Source: an uncultured Acidobacteriota bacterium (GTDB taxonomy: Bacteria > Acidobacteriota > Terriglobia > Terriglobales > Acidobacteriaceae). From it: 64,000 bases of DNA. This document shows, piece after piece, positions 1-8,494 of the stretch; position 1 is the stretch's first letter, and each line of letters begins with the position of its first letter. Location of the stretch: positions 3,367 through 67,366 of the forward strand of contig CAVYQB010000012.1 of assembly GCA_963770465.1 (NCBI GenBank), read 5' to 3'. The position numbers were made by a program, and so were the translations under genes. The notes under the pieces were generated by a model that worked only from the letters and a program-made list of their open reading frames with translations, was not told the DNA's origin and did not search any database.

Positions 1-1979
1 AGCGCAAGGGATCGGTCCAGAGCTTCGAGCGACTCGTCATACTTTTTCAAGCCGCACAGCACGACTCCTTTGTAGCCCCAAGCATCCGAATCGTTGTCAA
101 ATGCCCTCGCAGCTTTGTCAAAGTACTTGAGAGCCTTTGCGTGCTCCTCCTCGTTGCCGAGTGCCAGACCATAGACGAGAAATATCCCGGGAACGGTCTT
201 ACCCTTGGCCAAGAATGGGAATAGGGTCTCGCGTGCCGCCTTAGGTTTGTCCAATCTTATCAGTGCACGAGCTTTTTGGACCGCAATGACCGGCCCGAGG
301 TCAACGTCAAGTAGAGCAGCATCTTCGTAGGCATCCAAAGCCTCCACATCCCGATTTGCGCTGGCCAGCAGTTCCCCCTGGTCGAAGAACAGCATGGCTT
401 CATTTGGACTCAAATTAATGGCGCGATCAAGAACTTGTTGGGCAAGTTCTCTTGACCCCCCGCGCGCGTACGCGCCAGCCAAGGCTCGCAACATCTCTAC
501 GTTGTGTGGGTCGTCTTCGAGCCTTTTCTCGAGTATAGGGATTAGTTCTGGAGCTCGGTCTAACCAGATCAGCGCTCGAGTGTAGTGCGGCCAATCCTCC
601 GCAATCTTGCTCAGCTCGGCGAGTTGCTGAGCGAAAGCTTGCAACTGCTCGCGGGTGCCTTTTTCTCGACTGAGAGCCCTACATAGAGTGCTAATCTCCG
701 GACTTAGATGCACGTGTGCGTCCTGAACGTCATACTGCCTTAGCGCTGCCTCGAAATAAGATTTTCCTGCGTCTCGTTCACTTGTGCTCGACAGTTTGCG
801 TTCTAGCTCCTCGCGCGAGAACCAGTACCGAATAAAATCCACCAAAAGATATAAGGGACGTTCGTGATGGGTTTTGGCTTCAACACAAATGCGCAGCAGC
901 GGCTCAGTCAGCTCGTAAAAGGCTTGTCTTCCAACTCTATCGACTCTGACGTAGCGGGTGGTTAAAAGCTGTTTCAACTGGCTGGCCGCCGTTTGGTGGG
1001 TTGCGAAACAGCTCGCCGCAATAGTGGTAACGGTTGCGGGCCTTCGGTACTCGCAGAGGAAACTTACGATTTTCTGTTGTTGGGGTGAGAGTCGAGCCAT
1101 CTGTGACTGGTAGTACGGCGTTAGGGCGTCAACGGTCTTCAGGAGAGGCTCAACCGTTAGTTTGGATTCGTTTTGGTTGAGGAAGTCATTGAGGAATCCA
1201 TAGAAGATTACGAAGATTCGATGGTTTCCTCCGGCAAGGTGCTGAACAGCCCTAACGCGTGCTCGACCCACGGCTGTATTCAGGAAGGCTGCCGTCTTCT
1301 CGTCATTATTTAAATGCGCCAATCGCTCCAGTAGGGCAATGGCGCCCTCCAGCGACAGTGGCTGTAAATGGATGACCTCAAAAAAGCCATAAAATGGCGA
1401 GATCTGACGGGAAACGCCAGAGAATAGCGCAGGCGTTGTGGCCAATATTGTCCATTGGGGATATGTTTGTATGAGAGCGCGCCATTGCCTCTGCCCTTGC
1501 TCGCCGATCTTTTCGAATACGGCGTCGAGGTTCTCGATGATCACAAACAGCGTCTTGGTTCCCAGCGTGTCTTGCAAGCAGCGCCACACGCGACCCTCTG
1601 CCTCAGATTTGCTCAACTTCGAGATATCGCCGATGCCAGCGGGGAGTTCTAGACCTGTTTCCTCTAAAGCGGCTTGCAGTGTCCGCAGTAGAAGGTCGAG
1701 AAATGAGGTTATTCCCCATTCATCTTCTTTGAGGTAGGCAATGCAAAGCTTATCCGCTAAGTCCTTTTTTGCTTTGAGCCTGTGATAAACCAGCGACACA
1801 AGGTGGGATTTCCCGATGCCCCGCGGCCCCACGAGCAGCACGTTGTGTTTGGATTTTCCGCGGGCGCTCTGATCAAAGATATCGACGAGACGCTCCGCCA
1901 CCGACTCACGTTGAACGAAGGTACCCTCGATCAGTTCTGGGCTCATGGCGGAGGGATTGAAGGTAGAAAATATCGGCAC
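1..1979 (-). CDS. AAA+/STAND-like P-loop NTPase with winged-helix-like segment and C-terminal TPR repeats (3' end runs off the window)
   Basis: My own minus-strand translation; the ORF is absent from the track because it has no stop in the window. GTG at 1979 follows an AGAGGA SD and lies 1 nt after the upstream stop. Walker A GPRGIGKS (~1806-1829), Walker B LFVIIENLD, wHTH-like LSPQQQKIVSFL...FYELTEPLL, then TPR-like repeats through position 1. Confidence 0.75.
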   Translation of the reverse strand, partial: MPIFSTFNPSAMSPELIEGTFVQRESVAERLVDIFDQSARGKSKHNVLLVGPRGIGKSHLVSLVYHRLKAKKDLADKLCIAYLKEDEWGITSFLDLLLRTLQAALEETGLELPAGIGDISKLSKSEAEGRVWRCLQDTLGTKTLFVIIENLDAVFEKIGEQGQRQWRALIQTYPQWTILATTPALFSGVSRQISPFYGFFEVIHLQPLSLEGAIALLERLAHLNNDEKTAAFLNTAVGRARVRAVQHLAGGNHRIFVIFYGFLNDFLNQNESKLTVEPLLKTVDALTPYYQSQMARLSPQQQKIVSFLCEYRRPATVTTIAASCFATHQTAASQLKQLLTTRYVRVDRVGRQAFYELTEPLLRICVEAKTHHERPLYLLVDFIRYWFSREELERKLSSTSERDAGKSYFEAALRQYDVQDAHVHLSPEISTLCRALSREKGTREQLQAFAQQLAELSKIAEDWPHYTRALIWLDRAPELIPILEKRLEDDPHNVEMLRALAGAYARGGSRELAQQVLDRAINLSPNEAMLFFDQGELLASANRDVEALDAYEDAALLDVDLGPVIAVQKARALIRLDKPKAARETLFPFLAKGKTVPGIFLVYGLALGNEEEHAKALKYFDKAARAFDNDSDAWGYKGVVLCGLKKYDESLEALDRSLA

Positions 1980-1980
1980 G

Positions 1981-3150
1981 TTATCCTCTGGTGTACGTCC
2001 ACCAACTCTGAACGATTGAATAACGGAAGCTAAACATTCCGTCTGCATCCCTGAAAAGATAATGGTCTTTTAGCAAAACCTGCAGGACCTGCCGAAAAAG
2101 TTCTTCTTCAGCAGAAGGGGTTTTGTGCTTGACCAGATTCAGAAGTTCGGATGATGCGGCTGGCCGCCCAAGTCCTGCCAGGGCGTCCAGGGCGTGCAGC
2201 GCAAGTTGCGCCTCGATCGTGCCGTAATACGTTGTTAGTCGGGTTTGATAGTAGCCGAAGTGAGCCGGATCGTTGGGGTCCGCAATGAGGTCTTTCAGAC
2301 ATGATTGAACCCGTTGGCTATGTATTTCTCTGCTGGTATTGCTTATCCTGGCAACTAAATAGTGGATGTAGTAAGGAATGTGGCCAGCTACTTCACTAAG
2401 GGCCATGCTGGCTTTACCAGGATCGTCCAGCACTTTGATGTGCTCGCCTTCGAACAGGAGATTAGCTAGGGATGCTCCGTCAATTGGCTCGATAGGGGTC
2501 ACTTCAATCGTGCGCATGTCGTTGGTCGGATCATTCGCGTAGCCATGCTTACGCAAACTTCCGATTACCTGGTGTATTCCGACCGAACCGGTAAACACCA
2601 TTCGTAAGTTGCTGTACTTCTGTCGAAGCGCCCTAAGGGAATCGAGCAACTCCATCGCATCTTGTTCCCCGGAAGTTTCCTTGACGTTGTACAGAAACAA
2701 AGGCAATTCGTCCCAGAAGAAAATTACCGTCCGCGTTTCGTCGCTGAAGATGTCGTGGAACAACGCGGAAAGAAGGTCTTTCCAGTGCCGTTTTACGTCG
2801 GGAAGTTTGACGTGCCCGATCTCTGTCCCGCCCAGTTTGCCGAGCAATCCCCATATGGCGAGACGGGCCTTCTCCTTTTTCGAAAGTATCGGTTCGACAT
2901 CAGCATAGATGCCTTCGATAAATTCGCTGGGCGAGCGAAAACCCTCTACGTCTCGCAAAAAGCAAAGCTGCTGCGCGACTGGAGCATCAGCCATCTTGCG
3001 AATCACGCTGCTCTTGCCGATTCTTCGTTCGGACGTGAGCACTATGCTTTGGGTCTCTAAGACCTGCCAGAGGTGTGCGACCAGTTTGTCTCGGCCGATA
3101 ACATCCTCCGAGGCTAGGATTCCGCCAGGATTAGCTCTCATGGCCCTCAT
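1981..3150 (-). CDS. P-loop ATPase, archaeal-ATPase (PF01637-like) type
   Basis: ORF track 1981..3174. Walker A-like SERRIGKSS and Walker B VIFFWDELP. I place the start at ATG 3150 (MRAMRANPGG) because the track's TTG 3174 falls inside a near-consensus promoter. Confidence 0.75.
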   Translation of the reverse strand: MRAMRANPGGILASEDVIGRDKLVAHLWQVLETQSIVLTSERRIGKSSVIRKMADAPVAQQLCFLRDVEGFRSPSEFIEGIYADVEPILSKKEKARLAIWGLLGKLGGTEIGHVKLPDVKRHWKDLLSALFHDIFSDETRTVIFFWDELPLFLYNVKETSGEQDAMELLDSLRALRQKYSNLRMVFTGSVGIHQVIGSLRKHGYANDPTNDMRTIEVTPIEPIDGASLANLLFEGEHIKVLDDPGKASMALSEVAGHIPYYIHYLVARISNTSREIHSQRVQSCLKDLIADPNDPAHFGYYQTRLTTYYGTIEAQLALHALDALAGLGRPAASSELLNLVKHKTPSAEEELFRQVLQVLLKDHYLFRDADGMFSFRYSIVQSWWTYTRG

Positions 3151-3156
3151 GGAGTT

Positions 3157-3184
3157 ATTGTACGTCAATTTCAACGTATGTCAA
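3157..3184 (-). promoter_or_regulatory. sigma70-like promoter TTGACA-16-TACAAT, 6 nt upstream of ATG 3150 (possible leaderless mRNA)
   Basis: The minus strand reads ttgaca tacgttgaaattgacg tacaat aactcc ATG. Two ATTGAC(A/G)TAC direct repeats overlap the promoter. Confidence 0.45.
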
Positions 3185-3244
3185 TATTAACGTATTTTTA
3201 GGCTTTGGAAGAATTACCTTATGTAGAATCAGGTTGGTGGGGCA

Positions 3245-3697
3245 TTAGGTGCGGCGGCGGTGGTGGTTGCGGAGTTGGTCCCAGTTTTCTTGGTACGGGG
3301 CCCAGCGACTGGTGGGCTGGGTGGTGTAGAGCATGATTGCGGTTTTCTTTCCGCTGACTATGCGTTTTGCGGGGATTATGTACCAGACGTCTTCGGGGAT
3401 TACGTAGGCGGCCAGGTAGTCGAAGTCTCCGCGCTTGTAGGGCAGGCCGCTGGCGGGGTGGACGTTGCAGCGGTAGCATCCCTCGGGGCGGCGGGAGGTG
3501 GTGGATTTAATTTGGACGCGCACGAAGTGGCCGTGGGTTTCGATGACGGCGTCGTAGGTGGAGGAGTCTCCCCAAGGATTGAATACGTGGAGGCCATGTT
3601 TGGCGGCTGCGGCTATGAACTGTAACTCGGCCCATTCGCCGCGGCGCTTGCCGTTCTTGATGTTGATTTTGATTCTGGGTTTTGTTTGGGATTTCAT
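3245..3697 (-). CDS. stand-alone PD-(D/E)XK endonuclease (PDDEXK_5 / group-I-intron-associated type)
   Basis: ORF 3245..3796 trimmed to internal ATG 3697 (MKSQTKPRIK). Motif GEWAELQFIAAAAKHGLHVFNPWGDSSTYDAVIE...VRVQIKS fits the D...(D/E)xK core. Very GC-rich, with shadow ORFs in other frames. Confidence 0.7.
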   Translation of the reverse strand: MKSQTKPRIKINIKNGKRRGEWAELQFIAAAAKHGLHVFNPWGDSSTYDAVIETHGHFVRVQIKSTTSRRPEGCYRCNVHPASGLPYKRGDFDYLAAYVIPEDVWYIIPAKRIVSGKKTAIMLYTTQPTSRWAPYQENWDQLRNHHRRRT

Positions 3698-3702
3698 TTG
3701 GG

Positions 3703-3732
3703 CAATAAAAAACGCGGCCTGGAGAGGCCGCG
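3703..3732 (-). terminator. intrinsic terminator (8-bp GC stem, 4-nt loop, T6 tract) ending ~6 nt before the nuclease ATG
   Basis: The minus strand reads cgcggcct-ctcc-aggccgcg followed by ttttttatt. Confidence 0.6.
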
Positions 3733-3859
3733 TCCCTTTCTTCTGATCTGTTTCTATTATATCTGGATGAAATAGGTAAACCCGCCAACTTTGCAAAAAT
3801 ATATTTGGCTTATTTGCATGGAGTTAAGATCGATCGTGTAAGTTTTGCCTATTGACAAG

Positions 3860-3909
3860 TTTTTTTCTGAGCAAAGAAAATGCGGCCCACCAAGCTAATC
3901 GTGGGCCGC
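3860..3909 (-). terminator. intrinsic terminator of the PRC-barrel gene
   Basis: Stem gcggcccac/gtgggccgc with a 10-nt loop, followed on the minus strand by attttctttgctc. Confidence 0.55.
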
Positions 3910-3948
3910 ACGCCGAAAGCGCAGGAAAGCCGGCAATCCTGGGATGAT

Positions 3949-4680
3949 TTAAACAGCTTTCTTTAACGTGTCTGCGCTCTCCGACCCTCTGGAAGTCGCA
4001 GTGCCGATGCTGCATGAGGTGCAGCTTGCGACTGCTTCTTTGCGACGTTCGCGCAAGCGAGCCTGGAAGGTGTCCCAGCGGCCGCCGATTCCGGAGGCGC
4101 TGTTGCCGATTACGACCGAATCTGTTCCTGCGGGAACTACTCGTCCGGTGGCGGCGCTGGCGGCTTCTGCGCGATCGCTGCTTCCAAAAGATCCGCTGGC
4201 TACTCTTTGAGACGCATTGGAGACGCCTCCCGCTCGCGGCGTTGACACCTGATTGCCTTGCATCTGCTCCGTCGTTGGGGTTATGTTGCGATCGGTTTCG
4301 GCGCGATGCATTACCGGGCCGGTCTCCCATTTCGAGCGATATTTGCCTTCGTAGTCAGCCCATTTAGCTTCTGAGCTGAGATCTTTTTCGTTGTACGGAG
4401 GGAAACTCTCGATCTGTTCTTTGGTGAGGTCGACGGTGAAGTCGCCTTCGTGCTTGTCGGAGGCGCGCAAACGATTGGCAGGAACTATGAACTGCTTGGT
4501 GCTGAGCCAGCCTCCGGTGTCAACGACGACGTAGTTAATGTTGCCGGTGGAATGATCAAAAATTACATCGTCAATCTTTCCCAGTTTTTCATCTTCTGTT
4601 CCGTACAGCTTGGCTCCGCGTATGTCTTCGGTGGTCTCGGTCAATGGGTAATTGCTTAACGTTCCTTGATGAGACATCAT
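3949..4680 (-). CDS. PRC-barrel domain protein
   Basis: N-terminal GKIDDVIFDHSTGNINYVVVDTGGWLSTKQFIVPANRL is typical of a PRC barrel. The C-terminal half is low-complexity. Confidence 0.7.
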   Translation of the reverse strand: MMSHQGTLSNYPLTETTEDIRGAKLYGTEDEKLGKIDDVIFDHSTGNINYVVVDTGGWLSTKQFIVPANRLRASDKHEGDFTVDLTKEQIESFPPYNEKDLSSEAKWADYEGKYRSKWETGPVMHRAETDRNITPTTEQMQGNQVSTPRAGGVSNASQRVASGSFGSSDRAEAASAATGRVVPAGTDSVVIGNSASGIGGRWDTFQARLRERRKEAVASCTSCSIGTATSRGSESADTLKKAV

Positions 4681-4772
4681 TTTCCTCCTTGTGGTTTAAA
4701 TGCGTTAATTTTGAAAATGTGTTCCTTGTCCCAGGTTAGCGTCCACAGAACGGACGCGAACCTGGGCCCATC

Positions 4773-5972
4773 TCAGTCTGCTGATGCCGATGTTGCCCAC
4801 GGGTCCAGGACAACTTTTGTGCAGTGCTCTTGTTTGTCGCGGAAAATTTTGTACATATCGGGAGCTGCATCGATCGGAACTCTGTGGCTGATCACAAAGC
4901 TGGGATCGATTTCGCCCTTTTCGATGCGCTCGAGTAAGGGCTGCATGAAGCGCATCATGTGAGTCTGGCCGGTTTTCATGGAGAGGCCTTTGTTCATGAA
5001 GGCGCCCATGGGGATGGTGTCGGCGAAGCCGGAATAGACTCCGGGGACGGAAACAGTTCCGCCTTTGCGGCAGGCTTGGATGCATTGGCGCAACACCGTG
5101 GGACGATCGGTTTCCATTTTGAGGGCTTGTTTTGCGCGGTCGACTGCGAACATCAGGCTGTGGTCGTGAGCTTCCATGCCGACCGCGTCCATGCAGGAGT
5201 CGGGGCCGATGTTTGCCGTCATTTCTTTCAAGGTTTCGACGACATCGTCTACTTCTTCGTAGTTGATGGTTTCGGCGCCGCCGTCTCGTGCCATTTTCAG
5301 GCGATAATCAAAACGGTCAATGGCGATTACTCGTTCCGCTCCGAGCATGAAGGCGCTGCGGATGGCGAATTGGCCGACTGGGCCGCATCCCCAGATGGCG
5401 ACGGTGTCGCCGGTCTGGATGTCGCAGTTCACCGCGCCGAAGTAGCCCGTGGGAAAAATGTCGGAGAGGAAAACTACTTTGTCGTCGGAAATTCCGTCGG
5501 GAAGTTTCAGCGGACCCACGTCTGCGAACGGGACGCGCGCGTACTGCGCCTGGCCGCCGGCGTATCCGCCTAGCATGTGGGTGTAGCCGAAGAGGCCGGA
5601 GGGGGAATAGCCCATCATTTTTTCGGCTATCCAGTAATTCGGATTGGAATTTTCGCAGCTGGACCAGAGCTGACGCTCGCAGAAAAAACAGTTGCCGCAT
5701 GCGATGGTAAAAGGAACGACTACGCGGTCGCCGACTTTCAGTTTTTCTTTGTTGACGCCGCTCCCGACTTCGACTACCTCTCCCATGAACTCGTGGCCCA
5801 TAATGTCGCCTTGCTCCATGGTGGGGATAAATCCGTTGTAGAGATGCAAGTCTGAACCGCAGATGCAGGTGCTGGTGATGCGCACGATCGCATCTCGCGG
5901 GTTCAGGATTTTCGGATCAGGAACATTTTCTACGCTCATCTTATGAGTGCCCATCCAACAAACTGCTTTCAT
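4773..5972 (-). CDS. zinc-dependent alcohol/formaldehyde dehydrogenase family protein
   Basis: CGSDLHLY and [12 protein letters not shown] zinc-ADH motifs. GCGPVG Rossmann motif. Confidence 0.85.
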   Translation of the reverse strand: MKAVCWMGTHKMSVENVPDPKILNPRDAIVRITSTCICGSDLHLYNGFIPTMEQGDIMGHEFMGEVVEVGSGVNKEKLKVGDRVVVPFTIACGNCFFCERQLWSSCENSNPNYWIAEKMMGYSPSGLFGYTHMLGGYAGGQAQYARVPFADVGPLKLPDGISDDKVVFLSDIFPTGYFGAVNCDIQTGDTVAIWGCGPVGQFAIRSAFMLGAERVIAIDRFDYRLKMARDGGAETINYEEVDDVVETLKEMTANIGPDSCMDAVGMEAHDHSLMFAVDRAKQALKMETDRPTVLRQCIQACRKGGTVSVPGVYSGFADTIPMGAFMNKGLSMKTGQTHMMRFMQPLLERIEKGEIDPSFVISHRVPIDAAPDMYKIFRDKQEHCTKVVLDPWATSASAD

Positions 5973-6736
5973 GCTGTCCTCCGTTTTGCATTAAAAACTT
6001 CGCTCATTCCAGCGTTGCGTTGTACTGGCTCATCTGGATTGGCGATCCTCAAGGCCGCGGCCATGGCTGAGCGCGGACCATGCGACTGGCCTTCGGTTGT
6101 GGGTATTTCTCCGGTTTCGACCAGCGCCTTGAAACGGCGGAGGTCTTGCTGCATTTTGAAGCTGGCGTTTTTGCCCAACAGTTTGAGGAGTGACGCGCCT
6201 AATCTACCCGCGGGTATGTCGTAGTGGAAGATTGAAGTAAGGATGGTTCCGCGGTTGCCTGGAGCTTCCTTGAATTCGACTAAACCCTCGGCGCTGAAGT
6301 CGGAGTTCGGCAGCGTGCGCCAAGAGATGAATTCGCCTTCGCGCTCATCGACGATTTCCGAATCCCAACTGATTTCTGTTCCCAGAGGTCCGAGTGCGAT
6401 CCACCGATAGCGTTTGTCACTCAGTTTGGTGACGCTCTCAAGGTGATGCATGAATAGCGGCAAGTCTTCGAAGTTGCGATAGAGCAGGTAGGCTTTCATC
6501 GGAGAAGAGTTAAGCAGCACGCTGCCGTGAGCCACGAGCTCGCGCTCGCCCTGGTTGCGTGCACCCATATAAGCCAAAGCCCCGCCAGCCGCGGCAAGAG
6601 CCAGACCTGATTTGGATTTTCTAGTGAGGCCGAAGGCACTGATGGCCGCGCCTGCGATTATTGGAACTACCTGGCGCGCCCGTGATCGCGACGCGCCAGT
6701 TTTCGGGTTGTAATTATTATGAGGCGTTTCTTTCAT
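5969..6736 (-). CDS. SRPBCC (cyclase/dehydrase-like) protein with N-terminal membrane segment
   Basis: The translation has a hydrophobic N-terminus followed by an SRPBCC-like core ([20 protein letters not shown]...). Its stop overlaps the ADH start as ATGA. Confidence 0.65.
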   Translation of the reverse strand: MKETPHNNYNPKTGASRSRARQVVPIIAGAAISAFGLTRKSKSGLALAAAGGALAYMGARNQGERELVAHGSVLLNSSPMKAYLLYRNFEDLPLFMHHLESVTKLSDKRYRWIALGPLGTEISWDSEIVDEREGEFISWRTLPNSDFSAEGLVEFKEAPGNRGTILTSIFHYDIPAGRLGASLLKLLGKNASFKMQQDLRRFKALVETGEIPTTEGQSHGPRSAMAAALRIANPDEPVQRNAGMSEVFNAKRRTA

Positions 6737-6785
6737 TGGTAATCTCCACGACCGTCTCGATAAGACGGACGACTATAAAATTTGG

Positions 6786-6875
6786 TTATTGTGCCAGCAG
6801 GAAACCCAACCCGCGCGAGCCTCCACTGATGAAGACCGTCTTTCCCGCGAGATCGCAGCGTGAATTTCCAAGCAT
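6786..6875 (-). pseudogene. remnant of a short-chain dehydrogenase N-terminus (29 codons, then stop)
   Basis: My own translation gives MLGNSRCDLAGKTVFISGGSRGLGFLLAQ*. It carries the TGxxxGxG-type motif but ends before any catalytic region. Confidence 0.45.
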
Positions 6876-6987
6876 TCTCGCTGCAGTGAGTCCGGCAAAA
6901 GCTCCAGCGGTGAAGGTGACTTTGCTCCCAAGTTGTTTTTAAACATTATTCCTGCAATCCGTTTTTTTTGTGAGTTTGAGCGGACCA

Positions 6988-7320
6988 TCATGCTCGTTTG
7001 CGTTTCACCGTGCTGCCTACGTTCGATGGTTGTTTAACGCTGCCGGGCGTATCTCCGGCAGGTGCAGCCTTTTCGATTTGGGCCTTGTGCGCTTCTTTCC
7101 GCATTTTCTTTTCCGTAAATTTCGGGGCCACCTGATGAGCGAAAACGGCCACCTTCGCCGCTGTCCCCACTGAAACTTCATCCTCAGGTTCTTTTGCCAT
7201 GCGCACAATGGTGGCAACGACTTCTTCCGGTTCGTAAACCGGAGGAATAGGAACCGTTTCGTGACCGGTATAGTTCGCGGCGTGATCAAAAAACGGAGTG
7301 TCGAATGAGGTTGGCATCAC
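6988..7320 (-). pseudogene. 5'-truncated C-terminal fragment of an SDR-family oxidoreductase
   Basis: DTPFFDHAANYTG...PPVYEPEEVVATIVRMAKEP resembles the C-terminal third of SDRs. Only 40 nt separate it from the upstream gene stop, so no Rossmann part can be present. Confidence 0.45.
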
Positions 7321-7361
7321 GGTACAGACGTCTCAGTCATGAATTGCCTCTCACGATTTCC

Positions 7362-7982
7362 CTACTGCTGGCTCTGCTGCGTGTGCATGTTGTTACTTGC
7401 GCTATGCGTCTTGGGCGTAATTTCTTTGGCTTGCTTGAGATGGTCCTGAAGCGTTGGCAAAGTCTGCGAAGCAAAGTCTTTCACTGCTGGATCTTTGCCG
7501 GATCGGCTTTCGTGTTGGAAATCGACGACGTCCTGAGTGTGATCTTTAACCATGTCCGCCATGTAAGCTTTGTCGAATTGCTCGCCGCTCAATTTTGACA
7601 AACGTTCCTTGGTCGCCTTGTCTTTTGCGGAAAGACCCTGGGGAAGCTGAATACCTTCGCTGCTCGCGACTTGCTTTAATTGATCTCCAGCCTTGGTGTG
7701 GTCGTCGACCATCCGTTGTCCAAATTTTTTAACATCATCACTGGAGGCTTTTTCTGTGGCCAGCTTGCCAAGTTCGACTTCGGCCATTCCGCCCTGGGCC
7801 GCGTCATGCACGAATTTCTTGTCGCCGAGGCTGAGGTTCGACCCCGATTTGCTGCTCATTGAAGCTGAGGTCTGAGAGTTGGAGCTGTCCGACATCGAAC
7901 CCGTCTGGGCAATGCCTGCGAGAGGAAACACGGCTACTACCGCGCCCAATGCGAGGTTGGTAAAAATATTTTGTTTTCGCAT
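7362..7982 (-). CDS. DUF4142 domain protein (secreted)
   Basis: Signal peptide plus duplicated DKKFVHDAAQGGMAEVELGKLA / DKAYMADMVKDHTQDV pattern. Confidence 0.8.
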   Translation of the reverse strand: MRKQNIFTNLALGAVVAVFPLAGIAQTGSMSDSSNSQTSASMSSKSGSNLSLGDKKFVHDAAQGGMAEVELGKLATEKASSDDVKKFGQRMVDDHTKAGDQLKQVASSEGIQLPQGLSAKDKATKERLSKLSGEQFDKAYMADMVKDHTQDVVDFQHESRSGKDPAVKDFASQTLPTLQDHLKQAKEITPKTHSASNNMHTQQSQQ

Positions 7983-8136
7983 GATTAATCTCCTGTATCT
8001 AACGAATACTTCCAGCGGGAGATTGGCGCAATCGATGAAAGGCCGTAGGGCTATGGGATGGATGCCTTAAGTGGGGAAATCCTTTTTCTATCTGGTAAGT
8101 AAGCACGAACGTGGACACTTGGGCCTACACTGAATT

Positions 8137-8180
8137 AGGACGGATGCACAGCTGGTGAATCCTGAGCTGGCATCCGTCCT
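8137..8180 (-). terminator. long hairpin downstream of the small acidic-protein gene (no clear U tract)
   Basis: 11-bp stem aggacggatgc/gcatccgtcct with inner cagct/agctg pairing. Confidence 0.35.
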
Positions 8181-8186
8181 GGCTTG

Positions 8187-8423
8187 CTACGCAATTTCCC
8201 GCTCTCTATCTTCATTGTCATCTTCTTCGTCGATATTCTCTTCCGCCCCGGGAGCTCGACGCTGTACCGAGGGATCGCCCTGGTACTCCCGCTCGCTGCC
8301 TGGGGCTCGGCGTTGAGATTCGTCGCCATGCTTTTCCTGTTCGCTGAACGGATTATTTTCTTTCTGCTTGGGTTCTTTCAATTCTCCATCTGGTTCCGGC
8401 GTTGAAACGTTTACTTCTGACAT
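8187..8423 (-). CDS. small acidic hydrophilic protein, unknown function
   Basis: Internal ATG 8423 of ORF 8187..8642, preceded by an AAGGAG SD. Contains a repeated QRRAPG(S/A)E motif. Confidence 0.5.
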   Translation of the reverse strand: MSEVNVSTPEPDGELKEPKQKENNPFSEQEKHGDESQRRAPGSEREYQGDPSVQRRAPGAEENIDEEDDNEDREREIA

Positions 8424-8494
8424 TGTGAAGCTCCTTGATCGAAGTTGGATACGGCTGCTCAGATGAGATATCGATGCGCGAAGATGTCTCGACT

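Noticed and set aside
3219-3796. Several overlapping 60-120-aa ORFs in other frames, plus the long 183-aa version of the nuclease ORF.
   Set aside because: Only the frame with the PD-(D/E)XK core is protein-like. The others are Pro/Gly/Ala-rich shadows of a very GC-rich gene. The N-terminal 33 codons of the long version run through the terminator hairpin.
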